NCBI GenBank assembly: GCA_040256005.1
Contig: JBDZWC010000004.1
Location: 8,393-65,860 of the forward strand
DNA: 57,468 nucleotides
Direction of reading: 5' to 3'
DNA from: Deinococcaceae bacterium
GTDB lineage: Bacteria; Deinococcota; Deinococci; Deinococcales; Trueperaceae
Shown: positions 28,861 through 39,311 of the stretch, piece after piece
Layout of the letters: each line of letters begins with the position of its first letter
Numbering within the stretch: position 1 is the stretch's first letter
The notes under the pieces: model-generated
Told to the model about the DNA's origin: nothing
The model's input: only the letters and a program-made list of their open reading frames with translations
Database searches by the model: none
Position numbers and translations under genes: made by a program

Positions 28861-29582
28861 CCGGTCACCCCCTCCGACCTGGCGAGGTACCGGCCCGACG
28901 GCGGTCTCTCCTCTACCAGCCGCATGATCCCCGGCACGCTGGCATCAGGGGGAGGCCGGTCCGAGACGTCCTCGCCCGGGTAGGCCTCCTGCTGCATGCG
29001 CGTGTTCATGTCGCCCGGGTCCACCCAGTAGACGCGCACGTGGGGATGCTCTGCCGCCAGCACGCGGCTCAGCTGCTCTAGGGCGGCCTTGGACGCTCCG
29101 TAGCCACCCCACGTCTCGTAGCCCTCGACCGCGGCGTCGGACGTGACGTTGACGATCGCACCCCCGGCCCGACCAAGCTCTCCCAGGCAGAGCTGAACGA
29201 GGGCGAGTGGGGCGATGACGTTCGTCTCGAAGACGTCCCGCAGGTCCGCGAGCGGGTAGGCCTCCAGCCGTGGCAGCGGCGTCGGTCCCAGCGTTGAGGC
29301 GTTGTTGACGAGCAGCAGCAGCTCGCCCAGCTCGCTCGCCGCGGCCAGGAGGCGCTCTCGGTGGTCCGGGTCGGCCACGTCGCCTGCGACGGCTACCACG
29401 GCTGGGCCCAGGCCCGTCACGGCCGCGTCGAGCTCGGCGGCGTGGCGCGCGTCGACGACCACGCGCCAGCCGTCCGTTGCCAGTCGCTTCGTGAGCTCTA
29501 GGCCGAGCCCTCGCGAGGCGCCCGTGACGATGGCGACCCGATCGCGCGCGTCTCGGTGCGTATGCGTTCGCTGGATGGTCAT
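28857..29582 (-). CDS. Short-chain dehydrogenase/reductase
   Basis: TGASRGLG, NNAS, YGASK and DPGDMNT. Confidence 0.93.
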   Translation of the reverse strand: MTIQRTHTHRDARDRVAIVTGASRGLGLELTKRLATDGWRVVVDARHAAELDAAVTGLGPAVVAVAGDVADPDHRERLLAAASELGELLLLVNNASTLGPTPLPRLEAYPLADLRDVFETNVIAPLALVQLCLGELGRAGGAIVNVTSDAAVEGYETWGGYGASKAALEQLSRVLAAEHPHVRVYWVDPGDMNTRMQQEAYPGEDVSDRPPPDASVPGIMRLVEERPPSGRYLARSEGVTG

Positions 29583-29588
29583 GCCCGG

Positions 29589-29619
29589 AAGGTACAACTT
29601 CAAGTAAACTTGAAGTCAA
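29589..29619 (-). promoter_or_regulatory. SoxR box within a 19-bp-spacer MerR-type promoter for SDR-queA-like
   Basis: ACTTCAAGT-AA-ACTTGAAGT (29597-29616). Minus-strand -35 TTGACT (29619-29614), -10 TACCTT (29594-29589), spacer 19 bp. Confidence 0.9.
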
Positions 29620-30077
29620 TGGCACTGCCCAGCCTCATCACCATCGGCGAGCTGGCCAGCCGCACCGGCGTGGCTACCTCGGCCCTACGTTTCTACGAGC
29701 AGCGCGGGCTGATCAGGTCGGAGCGGACGCAGGGCAACCAACGACGTTTCGCCCGCGCCACCGTGCGTCGCGTGTCCGTGATCCGCGCGGCGCAGCGCTG
29801 CGGGATCTCGCTCGAGGAGATCGGAGCGGTGCTCGCCCGCCTGCCCGACGACCGCACGCCCACGGCCAGGGATTGGCAGGAGCTCTCGACGGCCTGGCGG
29901 CAGAGCCTGGACGAACGCATCGCCACGCTGGCAGGGCTCCGCGACCGGCTGACCGGTTGCATCGGCTGCGGCTGCCTCTCTCTGGACCGCTGCTGGCTGG
30001 TCAATCCTGACGACGAGGTCGCGCGTAGCGGACCAGGCCCGAGGCTCCTCGCGGGGCCGCGCTCGCCGGCGTCATAG
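29619..30077 (+). CDS. soxR: Redox-sensitive transcriptional activator SoxR
   Basis: MerR HTH (SALRFYE, GNQRRF) and CIGCGCLSLDRC [2Fe-2S] motif. Confidence 0.96.
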   Translation: MALPSLITIGELASRTGVATSALRFYEQRGLIRSERTQGNQRRFARATVRRVSVIRAAQRCGISLEEIGAVLARLPDDRTPTARDWQELSTAWRQSLDERIATLAGLRDRLTGCIGCGCLSLDRCWLVNPDDEVARSGPGPRLLAGPRSPAS

Positions 30078-30094
30078 CCGTGGGCCCCCCGGCG

Positions 30095-30472
30095 CTACCC
30101 GGCCGAGGCTGAAGAGCCGAAAGCCAGGAGCCGACCGTCGCGATCCCTCACGACGAACTCCCGCACGCCCCACGGCGTGTCTCCCAGGTCCCGGGCGAAC
30201 TCCACGCCACGGGCCGTGAGATCGGCGTGGAGCGCGTCGGCGTCCTCGCAGAGCAGGTAGGCGTCCAACAGCTCCTCGGCGTACTTCTCCGGCGGCGCAT
30301 GCGTCCTGTCCACGAGGCGCAGGTGGATTCGGTTGCCGTCGCGGGCCAAGATCGCGTAGACCGGAGGGTCCTGCCAGGCGCCGACGAGCTCGAAGCCGAG
30401 CTGGTCGCGGTAGTACCCGACGGTCGCAGCGACATCGGTCGTGAAGAACTGAGGCACGATCTGGCGGATCAT
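30095..30472 (-). CDS. VOC / glyoxalase / bleomycin-resistance family protein
   Basis: YYRDQLGF and TPWGVREFVVRDRDG. Confidence 0.88.
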   Translation of the reverse strand: MIRQIVPQFFTTDVAATVGYYRDQLGFELVGAWQDPPVYAILARDGNRIHLRLVDRTHAPPEKYAEELLDAYLLCEDADALHADLTARGVEFARDLGDTPWGVREFVVRDRDGRLLAFGSSASAG

Positions 30473-30562
30473 CCATGACCTCCTACGACCCCATCTTCCG
30501 ATTCCCAGGTTCCCTACGAGCTCCGCTCGGGTCCAAGGCCCCGCGGCCCAGGGGCCGGGACC

Positions 30563-33500
30563 TCACTTCCCGAAGATGTTCGGTAGCTCCTCGAACTCGA
30601 CCAGGACCTCGCGCGGCTTGCTGCCGGTGTGCGGTCCCACGACACCCAGCGCCTCGAGCGAATCCATGAGCTTGCCGGCGCGCGCGTGGCCGACGGAGAG
30701 GCGCCGTTGGAGCCGGGAGACGCTGGCCTGGCCCTCGTTGATGACGAGCTCGGCCGCAGCCCTCAGCTTGTCGTCGTTCCAGTCGATGAAGCCGGCGGCG
30801 GTCGAGTCGTCTGCCGGGGGCGGGTCGAAGTCCGCCCCGTACGCCTCGACGAAGTCGTCGTCGAAGTACTGGCGCCGCAGGAACTCTGCCAGGCGGCCGA
30901 CCTCGTTCTCGCTCACGAAGGGGCCCTGGAGCCTCACCGCCTTCACCAGGCCGGGCTGGTAGAAGAGCATGTCGCCGAGCCCGATGAGCCGCTCCGCGCC
31001 CATGCCGTCGAGGATGGTGCGCGAGTCGTGGCTGCTGGAGACGGCGAAAGCCATGCGGGCGGGCACGTTCACCTTGATCAGGCTGGTGAGGATGTCGACC
31101 GAGGGCCTCTGCGTGGCCAGCACGAGATGCATGCCCGTCGCCCTCGCCATCTGGGCCAGCCGCATGATCGAGGACTCGACCTCCTTGGGACTGGTGATCA
31201 TGAGGTCGGCGAGCTCGTCGATGACGATGACGATGAAGGGCATCTCCGGCATGTCGAGGTTGCGCGCCTTCTCGTTGTACTGATCGAGGTTCTTGGCGCC
31301 GATCTTCGACATCATCTGGTAGCGCCGCTCCATGTGGGTCACGGCCCCCAGCAGCACGCCGGCCGCGTCCTTCGGGTTGGTGACGACAGGCCTGAGCAGG
31401 TGCGGGATGCCGTCGAACGGCGTGAGCTCGACCATCTTGGGGTCGATCATCAGGAACCGCAGGTCGGTGGGCAGGAACCGGAACAGGAGCGAGGCGATGA
31501 GCGCGTTCACCGCCACGGACTTGCCGGAGCCCGTGGAGCCGGCGATGAGCAGGTGCGGCATGCGCGCCAGGTCACCCACCGTCATCTCGCTGTCGATCGA
31601 CTTGCCGAGCACCAGCGGCAGACGCGCCTTGCTCCGGCGGAACGACGGCGACTCCACAGCCTCGCGGAACCGCACCAGCTCGCGGTGGGCGTTGGGCACC
31701 TCGAGGCCGATGACGCTCTTGCCCGGGATGGGCGCCTCGATGCGCACCGATCCCACCGCCATCGCCAGCGCCAGGTCGTCGGAGAGGTTCGCGAAGCGGC
31801 TGATCTTCTCGCCCGGCGCCGGCTCGACCTCGAAGCGGGTCACGGTGGGGCCCCGCACGGCGGCCGTCACCCTTCCCCCCAGCTTGAAGTTCGCGAGCGT
31901 CTCGTCGATCTGCCTCACCCGGGCGCGGTGCTCCTGGAGCATCTGCTCCTTGTCCTGCTGCGAGGACTCGGGCTCGTCGAGGAGCGTGTAAGGCGGGACC
32001 TGGATGGGGATCGCGCCCACCGGCTCGGGTTTGGACCGCTGTTCTTCCTCTTCCTCGGGCTCTGTGACGACGACACGGGGTGGGCCGAACGTCAGGGGGG
32101 CCTCACGCGACGCCCCGGCGGTGGCTGCCAGGGCCTGTTGCCGCCCATCGGCCACGGCGACGAGGTCGTCGATGAGGGCCTCCTCGACGGTGTCGTCTTC
32201 AACTACGTCTGCGGTCTCTCCCCACGTCGCCGCCGCCTCCGGCTCCGGCCAGGCGATGCCGTCCTGAGCGGAACCCGGCCGCGGGTCGGTCCAGTCGACC
32301 ATCGCCTCGCGCTGCTGCGCCGCACGCTGGGCTACGGCGGCGAGGGCGGCGCGCCAGCCCTCGAGCTGGATGAGGATCTCCCTCCCCTTCGCGTCGAACT
32401 CACCGGCCAGCGTGGCGTCGTAGTCGAGCACCTCTTCGACGGGCGGCCCCGCCAGCACCTCGCCGAGGTCGGCCAGCAGCTCGCGCCACGGCTCGAGCGC
32501 CTCGGCGTCGAGGCTGAGGCGGTCGGCCTCGCCCTCGAGTTGCCTCAGCTCCTCGGTGCGCTTGACGTGCGCCCGCGACGCCTCGGCGAGGCGCCTGGGC
32601 TCCATCCCCTTCAGGGCACGCCTGTCCAGGTCACGCTCACGCGTGAGACGCCGGTTGCGCTCGATGAGCGCGGTCAGGTCCAGCGCCAACGCCTTGCGCA
32701 CGCGGTCGACGGCCTGCGCCGCCTTGCCCTGCTCGGTGATCGGGTCGTCGATGACCTGCTTGAGGCCCTGACACCAGGCGTCGAACGTGCCCACGTCGGG
32801 GTCAGGGGGCAGCGCCGCCTCCGAGTCGAGATGTGCCGACAGGTCGCCCGCCCTGTCCCTGGCGAAGTCGGAGACCGCCGAGCGCCACGCCTTCAGGTCG
32901 GCGCGCCCGTCCCTCAGCGCCTGCGCCGACGGCGACCGCATGTTCCTGTGGATGGCCTTGACCTCGGTGCGCCAGCGGTCGAGCTCGGCGCTGCCCGGGT
33001 AGAGCTCGCTCAGCGCCTGGAGGTCACGGTCCAGCTCCGCTAGCCCCTTGCGCACCTGAGCGGCGTCGGCGTGGAAAGCCGCCCGCTGCTTGGCAGCCCG
33101 CCTGGCCGTGGCTGCCGCCACGTACGTCGATCTCACCGCGCCCGCCACGGTCCTCAGGGCAGCGATGAGGCTCGTCATGGGTCGCCAGCCGCACAGGAGG
33201 TCGAGGCCGATCGTGGCCACGACGACGGCGGGCACCACGGCCACCGCTCCCCACGTCGGTCCGAGACTCGAGCGCAGCAGCGCGCCCCAGGCGCCGGCCA
33301 GCTCCGGCCAGCCACCCACGGTCACGCCCCATAGCCCAGCCAGCGCCACCAGGTAACCGAGCAGCAACCGCGGCCACCACGGCGGGTTGCGCCTCAGCAG
33401 GAACAGCCCACCGAGCACGACGAACGGCACGGGCAGACCGTAGGCGGCCCAGCCGACGTTGCCCGCCAGCGCCGCGCGCACGGTCCGGCCCAGCTCGCCT

Positions 33501-33625
33501 GACGGGACTGCGGGCACCAGTACGCCCACCAGGAACAGGCCGAGCGCCGTCAGGACCAGGCCCAGGGCCTCGATGTCGGGCGCCCCTTCGGCCCTACGTT
33601 GTCGTTCCCGTCGGCCCTTACTCAC
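30563..33625 (-). CDS. ftsK: DNA translocase FtsK
   Basis: N-terminal TMs, long helical linker, [28 protein letters not shown] and C-terminal gamma domain. Confidence 0.96.
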   Translation of the reverse strand: MSKGRRERQRRAEGAPDIEALGLVLTALGLFLVGVLVPAVPSGELGRTVRAALAGNVGWAAYGLPVPFVVLGGLFLLRRNPPWWPRLLLGYLVALAGLWGVTVGGWPELAGAWGALLRSSLGPTWGAVAVVPAVVVATIGLDLLCGWRPMTSLIAALRTVAGAVRSTYVAAATARRAAKQRAAFHADAAQVRKGLAELDRDLQALSELYPGSAELDRWRTEVKAIHRNMRSPSAQALRDGRADLKAWRSAVSDFARDRAGDLSAHLDSEAALPPDPDVGTFDAWCQGLKQVIDDPITEQGKAAQAVDRVRKALALDLTALIERNRRLTRERDLDRRALKGMEPRRLAEASRAHVKRTEELRQLEGEADRLSLDAEALEPWRELLADLGEVLAGPPVEEVLDYDATLAGEFDAKGREILIQLEGWRAALAAVAQRAAQQREAMVDWTDPRPGSAQDGIAWPEPEAAATWGETADVVEDDTVEEALIDDLVAVADGRQQALAATAGASREAPLTFGPPRVVVTEPEEEEEQRSKPEPVGAIPIQVPPYTLLDEPESSQQDKEQMLQEHRARVRQIDETLANFKLGGRVTAAVRGPTVTRFEVEPAPGEKISRFANLSDDLALAMAVGSVRIEAPIPGKSVIGLEVPNAHRELVRFREAVESPSFRRSKARLPLVLGKSIDSEMTVGDLARMPHLLIAGSTGSGKSVAVNALIASLLFRFLPTDLRFLMIDPKMVELTPFDGIPHLLRPVVTNPKDAAGVLLGAVTHMERRYQMMSKIGAKNLDQYNEKARNLDMPEMPFIVIVIDELADLMITSPKEVESSIMRLAQMARATGMHLVLATQRPSVDILTSLIKVNVPARMAFAVSSSHDSRTILDGMGAERLIGLGDMLFYQPGLVKAVRLQGPFVSENEVGRLAEFLRRQYFDDDFVEAYGADFDPPPADDSTAAGFIDWNDDKLRAAAELVINEGQASVSRLQRRLSVGHARAGKLMDSLEALGVVGPHTGSKPREVLVEFEELPNIFGK

Positions 33626-33728
33626 GGACCAGAGTCTACCGTCTGCGTCCCGGCGCTCCCAGGGAGAAGTGGTACACTACGCGCTGCCCACGGACATGTG
33701 AAGCTGTGAGAAAGATGAGTCGGCTGTC

Positions 33729-36092
33729 GTGAAAGTCTTCGGCACCAGCTTGAGCTCGAAGTGGCGCGGGGCCGGGATGTTCGGTCTCTGGGGGCTCGCC
33801 GCGGCCGCCGTCGTGGCGCTGTTCGTCGCACCCGGCGAGCTGAGGCCCTGGCACGGCTTCCTCATGGCCGTACCGTTCATGGTCGCCACGACCTGGTTCG
33901 GTTGGACAGTGGCGGCGTTCCTCGCCCCCGCTGCCCTGCTCATCATGTGGGGCGTCGAGGGATCGGCCGCGGGCTCGACTGGCATCCTGGGCTACGCAGA
34001 GCTGGCCGGCGTCATGGGCGTCGCTGCGCTGGTCGGGGACCGCATGCACAGGGTCTGGCGCGCGACGGAGGCGCGCTCGTTCGACAACGAGCGGCGCGCG
34101 CGGCTCCTGCAGCACGCCGCGCTCGAGCTCAACCAGGCCCCCGACGCTGACCACCTGTTCTCCGACGCTCCGCGGCTGCTGTCCGACATCCTCACCTTCA
34201 CGCACGCCGAGCTCTTCGTGCCGGAGGGCGACCAGCTCTCGCTCGCCACGGCGTGGCGCTGGAACGCTCGGCCGGGCTTCAAGGTGCCGCTGGCGTCGAT
34301 CATCGGCCGGGCCTACCGCACCGGTGAGCCCCAGTACGCGCCGGACACCGCTCGCGACCCCGAGTTCATCGCAGCGCCCGGGGCGGAGCCGACCCGCTCC
34401 GAGCTGGCGCTACCCGTCAAGGTCGGCGGTGCCACGCGCGCGGTCATCAACCTGGAGCACACCGCGCGGGACGCCTTCACGGCCGACGACCACGAGACGC
34501 TGCGCGCGTTCACGCGGATCGTCTCCGACGTCCTCGAGCGCCTTGACGCCAAGGCCGCCCTGGACGCGCAGCGCGCCCAGCAGGAGTTCATCGCCAGGCT
34601 CTCGCAGAGCCTGCTGCACGCCGACGACGCCAAACAGGCCGCGATGACCGCCGTGGCCGACCTGGTCAGGTTCCTCGGGCTCGACGTGGGCGGCGTGCTG
34701 GAGCTGAAGCAGGCACGCTTCAAGCCGTTGGTGCGCGTCGGCGACCTACCGGCTGAGGTGGCGTACAGGGCCGACATGGGGCTCGAGTACACCGGGCTCC
34801 TCAGCGAGGCATGGACGTCTGGCAAGCACATCTACGTCGAGGACCTGTTGGGCCGCCCCCGGCCGCCGGGCGACTTCGGCTGGCTCGACTCGGTGCAGAG
34901 CGTGCGAACGGTGGCTCTCTACCCATTGACCAACGCACAGGGCGACGTCCGCTTCCTGCTGGGCCTCGCCAGCGTGGGCCGCGTCGAACCGCTCACGGAG
35001 TCAGACCTCATGCTGCTGAGCGGGTCCGCCCAGGCCCTAGGGGCGGCGCTCGACAGGGTCATGCTCAACAAGCAGCTGTTCGCCACCCTGGACGTGATCC
35101 GCCGGCTGGCACGGGCGGAGGCGCCGAGCACGCTCTTCCACAGGGCCACGGAGGCGGCCGTGGAGCTGATACCGGGCGCCGAGGCGGCCACCGTCGTGGT
35201 CAAGGACGGCGACCTCTTCCGCTTCGAGGCCGCCGTCGGTTACGACCTGGCTGCGATCAAGGACGGCGCCGGCCCGTTCACCCTGGAGGAGACCGTCGCC
35301 TGGTACGCCGGCTCCGAGAGCGACTTCAGGCGGGGTATCGGCCGCATCGCCCGCGGCGAGGAGGTGCTGCGCTTCTCGGTGGCGTCCACGGGCGGCCGCA
35401 CCCCGGCGAAGCTGGAAGCCGCCAGGGTGAACGAGATCAAGGCGAACATCTGCATCCCGATCGCCGAAGGATCCGAAGTCGTGGCCCTGCTGAACGTGGA
35501 CAACTACTCGAGCGACTCCGCCTTCGGCACGAACTCGCTGCGCATCGCCGAGGCGTTCGCCCAGCACATCGCGGTGATCGTGCGTCAGGCGGAGCAGGTC
35601 AGGCGGCTCGAAGAGAGCCTCGTCACCGACGGCCTGACCCGGCTGGGGAACCGGGAAGGGTTCCAGCGGAGGCTCGTGTCCGAGCTGGCCAGGGCAGAGC
35701 GCTACGGTCACCCGTTGAACCTGGTGATGGTCGACCTCGACAACTTCAAGCAGGTGAACGACCGCTTCGGGCACGCCGCCGGGGACGCGGCCCTGGTGGC
35801 CGTCGCGGAGGTCCTCACGGCCCACCTGCGCAGCTCGGACCACGCCTTCAGGTGGGCGGGCGACGAGTTCATCCTCCTCCTGCCAGAGGTCAAGCCTCAG
35901 GAGGCTCAGGCCGCCGCGGAGCGGTACTCAGACCTCGTGGGGTCCATCGAGGTGCACGGCCTGCACATCTCCGCGTCGGTGGGCGTGGCTTCCTACCCTG
36001 TCGACGGTGTCGACGCCGAGTCGCTGTTGCGACGCGCCGACGACCTCATGTACGTGCGCAAGCAGCGCCGGCGCGTGCAACCCGTCAACTGA
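33729..36092 (+). CDS. Membrane-anchored multi-GAF diguanylate cyclase
   Basis: N-terminal TMs, GAF-like repeats, DLDNFKQVNDRFGHAAGD, RSSD I-site and AGDEF. Confidence 0.9.
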   Translation: MKVFGTSLSSKWRGAGMFGLWGLAAAAVVALFVAPGELRPWHGFLMAVPFMVATTWFGWTVAAFLAPAALLIMWGVEGSAAGSTGILGYAELAGVMGVAALVGDRMHRVWRATEARSFDNERRARLLQHAALELNQAPDADHLFSDAPRLLSDILTFTHAELFVPEGDQLSLATAWRWNARPGFKVPLASIIGRAYRTGEPQYAPDTARDPEFIAAPGAEPTRSELALPVKVGGATRAVINLEHTARDAFTADDHETLRAFTRIVSDVLERLDAKAALDAQRAQQEFIARLSQSLLHADDAKQAAMTAVADLVRFLGLDVGGVLELKQARFKPLVRVGDLPAEVAYRADMGLEYTGLLSEAWTSGKHIYVEDLLGRPRPPGDFGWLDSVQSVRTVALYPLTNAQGDVRFLLGLASVGRVEPLTESDLMLLSGSAQALGAALDRVMLNKQLFATLDVIRRLARAEAPSTLFHRATEAAVELIPGAEAATVVVKDGDLFRFEAAVGYDLAAIKDGAGPFTLEETVAWYAGSESDFRRGIGRIARGEEVLRFSVASTGGRTPAKLEAARVNEIKANICIPIAEGSEVVALLNVDNYSSDSAFGTNSLRIAEAFAQHIAVIVRQAEQVRRLEESLVTDGLTRLGNREGFQRRLVSELARAERYGHPLNLVMVDLDNFKQVNDRFGHAAGDAALVAVAEVLTAHLRSSDHAFRWAGDEFILLLPEVKPQEAQAAAERYSDLVGSIEVHGLHISASVGVASYPVDGVDAESLLRRADDLMYVRKQRRRVQPVN

Positions 36093-36132
36093 CGCGGGCA
36101 GCGAGCGAGCCGCGCACCCTGGGCCGCGAGTC

Positions 36133-37362
36133 TCAAGCGGCGGGCAGCTCGTCCTCGTCCAGCTGGTCAGGGTCCACGTCGGGCGGCACGGTAGCGAACT
36201 CGCGGCGGCTCAACACGTAGTCCTCCAGGATCACCTTCACGAACGCCACGGTGGGAACCGCGAGGAGAGCCCCCACGAGCCCGAACAGCCCGAGGCCGGC
36301 CATGATCGCGAGCAGCACCGTCAGCGGGTGCAGGTTCGTGGAGCGCGACAGTATCAGGGGCGAGAGAAGGTTCCCCTCCAGCTGGTTCGCCACGATGAAC
36401 ACGACGACGGCCAACAGCGCCGTAAGAGGGCTCACGGTGAACGCCAGCAGCACGGCCGGCACGGCGCCGATCACGGGTCCTAAGTACGGCACCAGGTTGA
36501 ACACCGCCGCGAGGAACGCTATGGCGGTCGCCAGCGGGACGCCGAGGATGGTCAGCCCGAGCCAGATGAAGATCCCCAGCATCGTCGTGATGAGGAGCTG
36601 CCCGCGTAGGTAACCGCCCACGGCTTGGTCGGCCTTCTCCGACACCTCGCTCACCACGCCGTGGTACCGGGTCGGGATCAGCCGCCGGAACTGCGCCATG
36701 AACCGCGGGAAGTCGTAGAGGAAGTAGACGCTGGCGAGCACCACGAGCACGACCTGCAGCGTCGTGGAGATCACGACGCTGGCGCCCGTGTACAGCAGGC
36801 CGGGCCCCTGGCTGATCCAGCCGGTGATGAGCTGGGAGAACTCCTGTACCAGTTGTTGCAGTGCCGTCACGACGCGGTCCCTGATCTCCCCGCCCACCAG
36901 CCCTTGGGGGTCCACCTCGTCGAGGCCGCCGGCGAGCAGGAACGGGATGCGATCGAGCCACGTGAGCAGGCGCGCCTGCAGGTTGCCGAAGATGCGCGCC
37001 AGGTTGTCGAAGGCGTCTGGCAGCAGGTTGACGAAGCTGGCGGCCTCGGTCACGACCTGACCGACGAGCATCGAGCCGAAGGCGATGAGCCCGCCGAGCA
37101 GGAGGTACGTGATGACGACCGCCCAGCCGCGTCCCAGCCTGAGCCTCTGCAGCAGGGTGACGAGCGGGTTGAGGAGGTAGGCGAGCAGGAAGCCGAACAG
37201 GCCCACCTGTAGGGCGAACATGTAGCCGGCCCTGGCTCGCCACAGGATCCAGAGCGCAGCCACGATGAGCGCCGTGTACGCCAGGGCCCTCACCCACGGA
37301 TGCCGCCATGCCCAGCGCAGGGCGTTCATCTGCTCGTCGGCAGGCTGCAGGCGATCGCTCAC
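36133..37362 (-). CDS. AI-2E family transporter
   Basis: AYLLNPLV, GYLRGQL, VPYLGP, QLEGNLLSP and LHPL. Confidence 0.92.
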   Translation of the reverse strand: MSDRLQPADEQMNALRWAWRHPWVRALAYTALIVAALWILWRARAGYMFALQVGLFGFLLAYLLNPLVTLLQRLRLGRGWAVVITYLLLGGLIAFGSMLVGQVVTEAASFVNLLPDAFDNLARIFGNLQARLLTWLDRIPFLLAGGLDEVDPQGLVGGEIRDRVVTALQQLVQEFSQLITGWISQGPGLLYTGASVVISTTLQVVLVVLASVYFLYDFPRFMAQFRRLIPTRYHGVVSEVSEKADQAVGGYLRGQLLITTMLGIFIWLGLTILGVPLATAIAFLAAVFNLVPYLGPVIGAVPAVLLAFTVSPLTALLAVVVFIVANQLEGNLLSPLILSRSTNLHPLTVLLAIMAGLGLFGLVGALLAVPTVAFVKVILEDYVLSRREFATVPPDVDPDQLDEDELPAA

Positions 37363-37393
37363 GCTCTCGTCCTCGTCGTCATGAGGCGGAGCT

Positions 37394-38113
37394 TCATGGC
37401 CCTACGAACAGGGACGCTGCGGCCAGCCTCACCTGCTCCGGCGTCTGACCCTCGCCGAAGTAGCCGCCCTCGTCCGACCAGATCTCGAAGCGCAGCCTGG
37501 CGCCGTCGTCACGCCCCGCCACACCGGCGTCCGTGCCGGAGTTCCCGACGTAGGCGATCACCTGTCCACGATACACGCTGCGTCCGTTGCTCACGCCGCT
37601 GCCTACCGCCGAAAGATGCCCGTAGCGCAGGGTCCTGCCGTCCGCGGTGAGGAGCCACACCTGCCGCCCCCGCAGCTTGTCCAACTGCTGCTCCGTGGCG
37701 CCTTCGGCCACCTCCTGCAGGAGGCCGTCCCATTCGGCCCGGCTCATCTCGGCGTAGGTGGTGTCCGCCCGTATCACCTGGGCGTCGGCTGCTGCGATCA
37801 CCGCGCCGCCGTAAGTCACGGGGACGTCGAGGTCGCCGTCGACGAAGTCGAAGCCCTGGCTGACGCCCGATCGGTAGGGGCGTGGAGCCCCGGGGAGGTT
37901 CGAGTCCGACCGGGGCAGCCTCGCTCCCGGCAGCGGGTACCACAGTCCGGCGGGCGCACGTGAGGTGGCGGCCGGGGTCTCGGCGGCCCCGGAGCCGGCG
38001 ACGGGCTGGGCACCCGCCCGGTCGTCGCCACGAGAGAACAGCAGCAGGCTGACGACGACGGCGTACACGGTAACCGCGGCCAGGACGTACCAACCGGGCT
38101 TCAGGCTGCGCAC
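37394..38113 (-). CDS. M23/LytM-domain membrane-anchored protein with degenerate active site
   Basis: VIAAADA, YGHLS and VGNSGT fold motifs. HxxxD reads SQGFD and HxH reads RLR. Confidence 0.85.
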   Translation of the reverse strand: MRSLKPGWYVLAAVTVYAVVVSLLLFSRGDDRAGAQPVAGSGAAETPAATSRAPAGLWYPLPGARLPRSDSNLPGAPRPYRSGVSQGFDFVDGDLDVPVTYGGAVIAAADAQVIRADTTYAEMSRAEWDGLLQEVAEGATEQQLDKLRGRQVWLLTADGRTLRYGHLSAVGSGVSNGRSVYRGQVIAYVGNSGTDAGVAGRDDGARLRFEIWSDEGGYFGEGQTPEQVRLAAASLFVGP

Positions 38114-38122
38114 GTCGGGAGT

Positions 38123-39142
38123 CTAGCCCACCTTCTCCAAGACCAAGAGGAGCGGGATGTGGCCGCCGTGCTCCACCCGCAGGGCGCTGCGGTGGCGCCA
38201 CCCCTCCGCCCCGGAGACCAGCTTCTGTGCGATCTTCACCTCGTGCGTGAGCAGGGCGAACCGCCCTCCCGGCCTCAGGTGGCGGGCCGCCGCGGACAGC
38301 AGCGAGCGGTGGAGCGCCTCGTTCGTGGCGTGGCTGCCCACGGCGTCACCCCATGGGGCGTCGGCCGCGACCACGTCGAAGAGTTCGTCGGCAGCGCCGC
38401 CGGGCACAGCCACCTGGAAGTCCGGGAGGACGACGTCGTCCAGGAAGGTCTCCACCTGCACCCCGGCCGCCTCCGCGTTCCTGCGGGTGCATGCCACAGC
38501 CTCTGCTGACACGTCGACACCGACGTACGGCCCACCGGGCCCGGCCAGGGCGCGTTCGATCGCGAGGGTGCCGCTGCCGCACATGAGGTTGAGGAACGAG
38601 CCCCCGCCCGTCAGTCTGGCGATGGCGGCCGCCACCGTGGCGTTGGCGCCGCCCGGCAGGTTGCACACCCGCCAGCCTCGCGCCGACAGCGGCCTGGCCG
38701 TTAGACGCAGGAGCGCCTCCCAGCCGCCCGAGCGAGAGCGCCTCACGCGCACGAGCAGCTCCCCGGCGTCCCTGTCCTCGGCCAGGCCCGTGGCCCGCCC
38801 CAGCTCGTCGGCCAGACGCCTGAACACCTGTGTCTGGCTACCGGCAGCGGCCAGGCGGAAGGTAGCCATGGGCCCCCTGGCGGCAACCTGGCGGCAGGCC
38901 CCACTCAGGCGCCTGAACGCGGCGTCACCTAGCAACGCCTTGGGTCTGGGCACCGCGAACTCCAGGGAGCGGTAGACAGCCGAGACCAGGCGGGACCGCG
39001 CGAGGACGCGCTCCGGCCGCGGGTGCGAGAACCTGACCTCGCCGTCCGTGGTGGCCATGACCGTGGCTCCCAGTTCGACAAGTTCATCGCGGGCCAGGCC
39101 CTCGAGCCCCCGCACGACGTCTGCCACGTGTTCCAGGTCCAC
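38123..39142 (-). CDS. RNA methyltransferase (THUMP/UPF0020-like, class I SAM-dependent)
   Basis: GLEGLA..EL, PLSARGWR, NLMCGSGT and DAPWG. Confidence 0.82.
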   Translation of the reverse strand: MDLEHVADVVRGLEGLARDELVELGATVMATTDGEVRFSHPRPERVLARSRLVSAVYRSLEFAVPRPKALLGDAAFRRLSGACRQVAARGPMATFRLAAAGSQTQVFRRLADELGRATGLAEDRDAGELLVRVRRSRSGGWEALLRLTARPLSARGWRVCNLPGGANATVAAAIARLTGGGSFLNLMCGSGTLAIERALAGPGGPYVGVDVSAEAVACTRRNAEAAGVQVETFLDDVVLPDFQVAVPGGAADELFDVVAADAPWGDAVGSHATNEALHRSLLSAAARHLRPGGRFALLTHEVKIAQKLVSGAEGWRHRSALRVEHGGHIPLLLVLEKVG

Positions 39143-39311
39143 GAGGCATGCTACCGAGCCTCCGCCGAGCCGCCCGCAAGCGGCGGCTATGATGTGTACG
39201 TGCCCCGACCAAGCCACCCTTCGGCCGCGGCCGCGCTACCCATGAGCTCATGACCAGCCGCGGCGATGTCCGTGCCGGCGACTGCCCTCGACCTATGGAA
39301 GAACGTCTCAG

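Noticed and set aside
30629..33043. 804-aa antisense ORF over ftsK (likewise the 914-aa ORF 44881..47625 over GDH)
   Set aside because: Shadow ORFs expected from high-GC codon bias, with no protein motifs.
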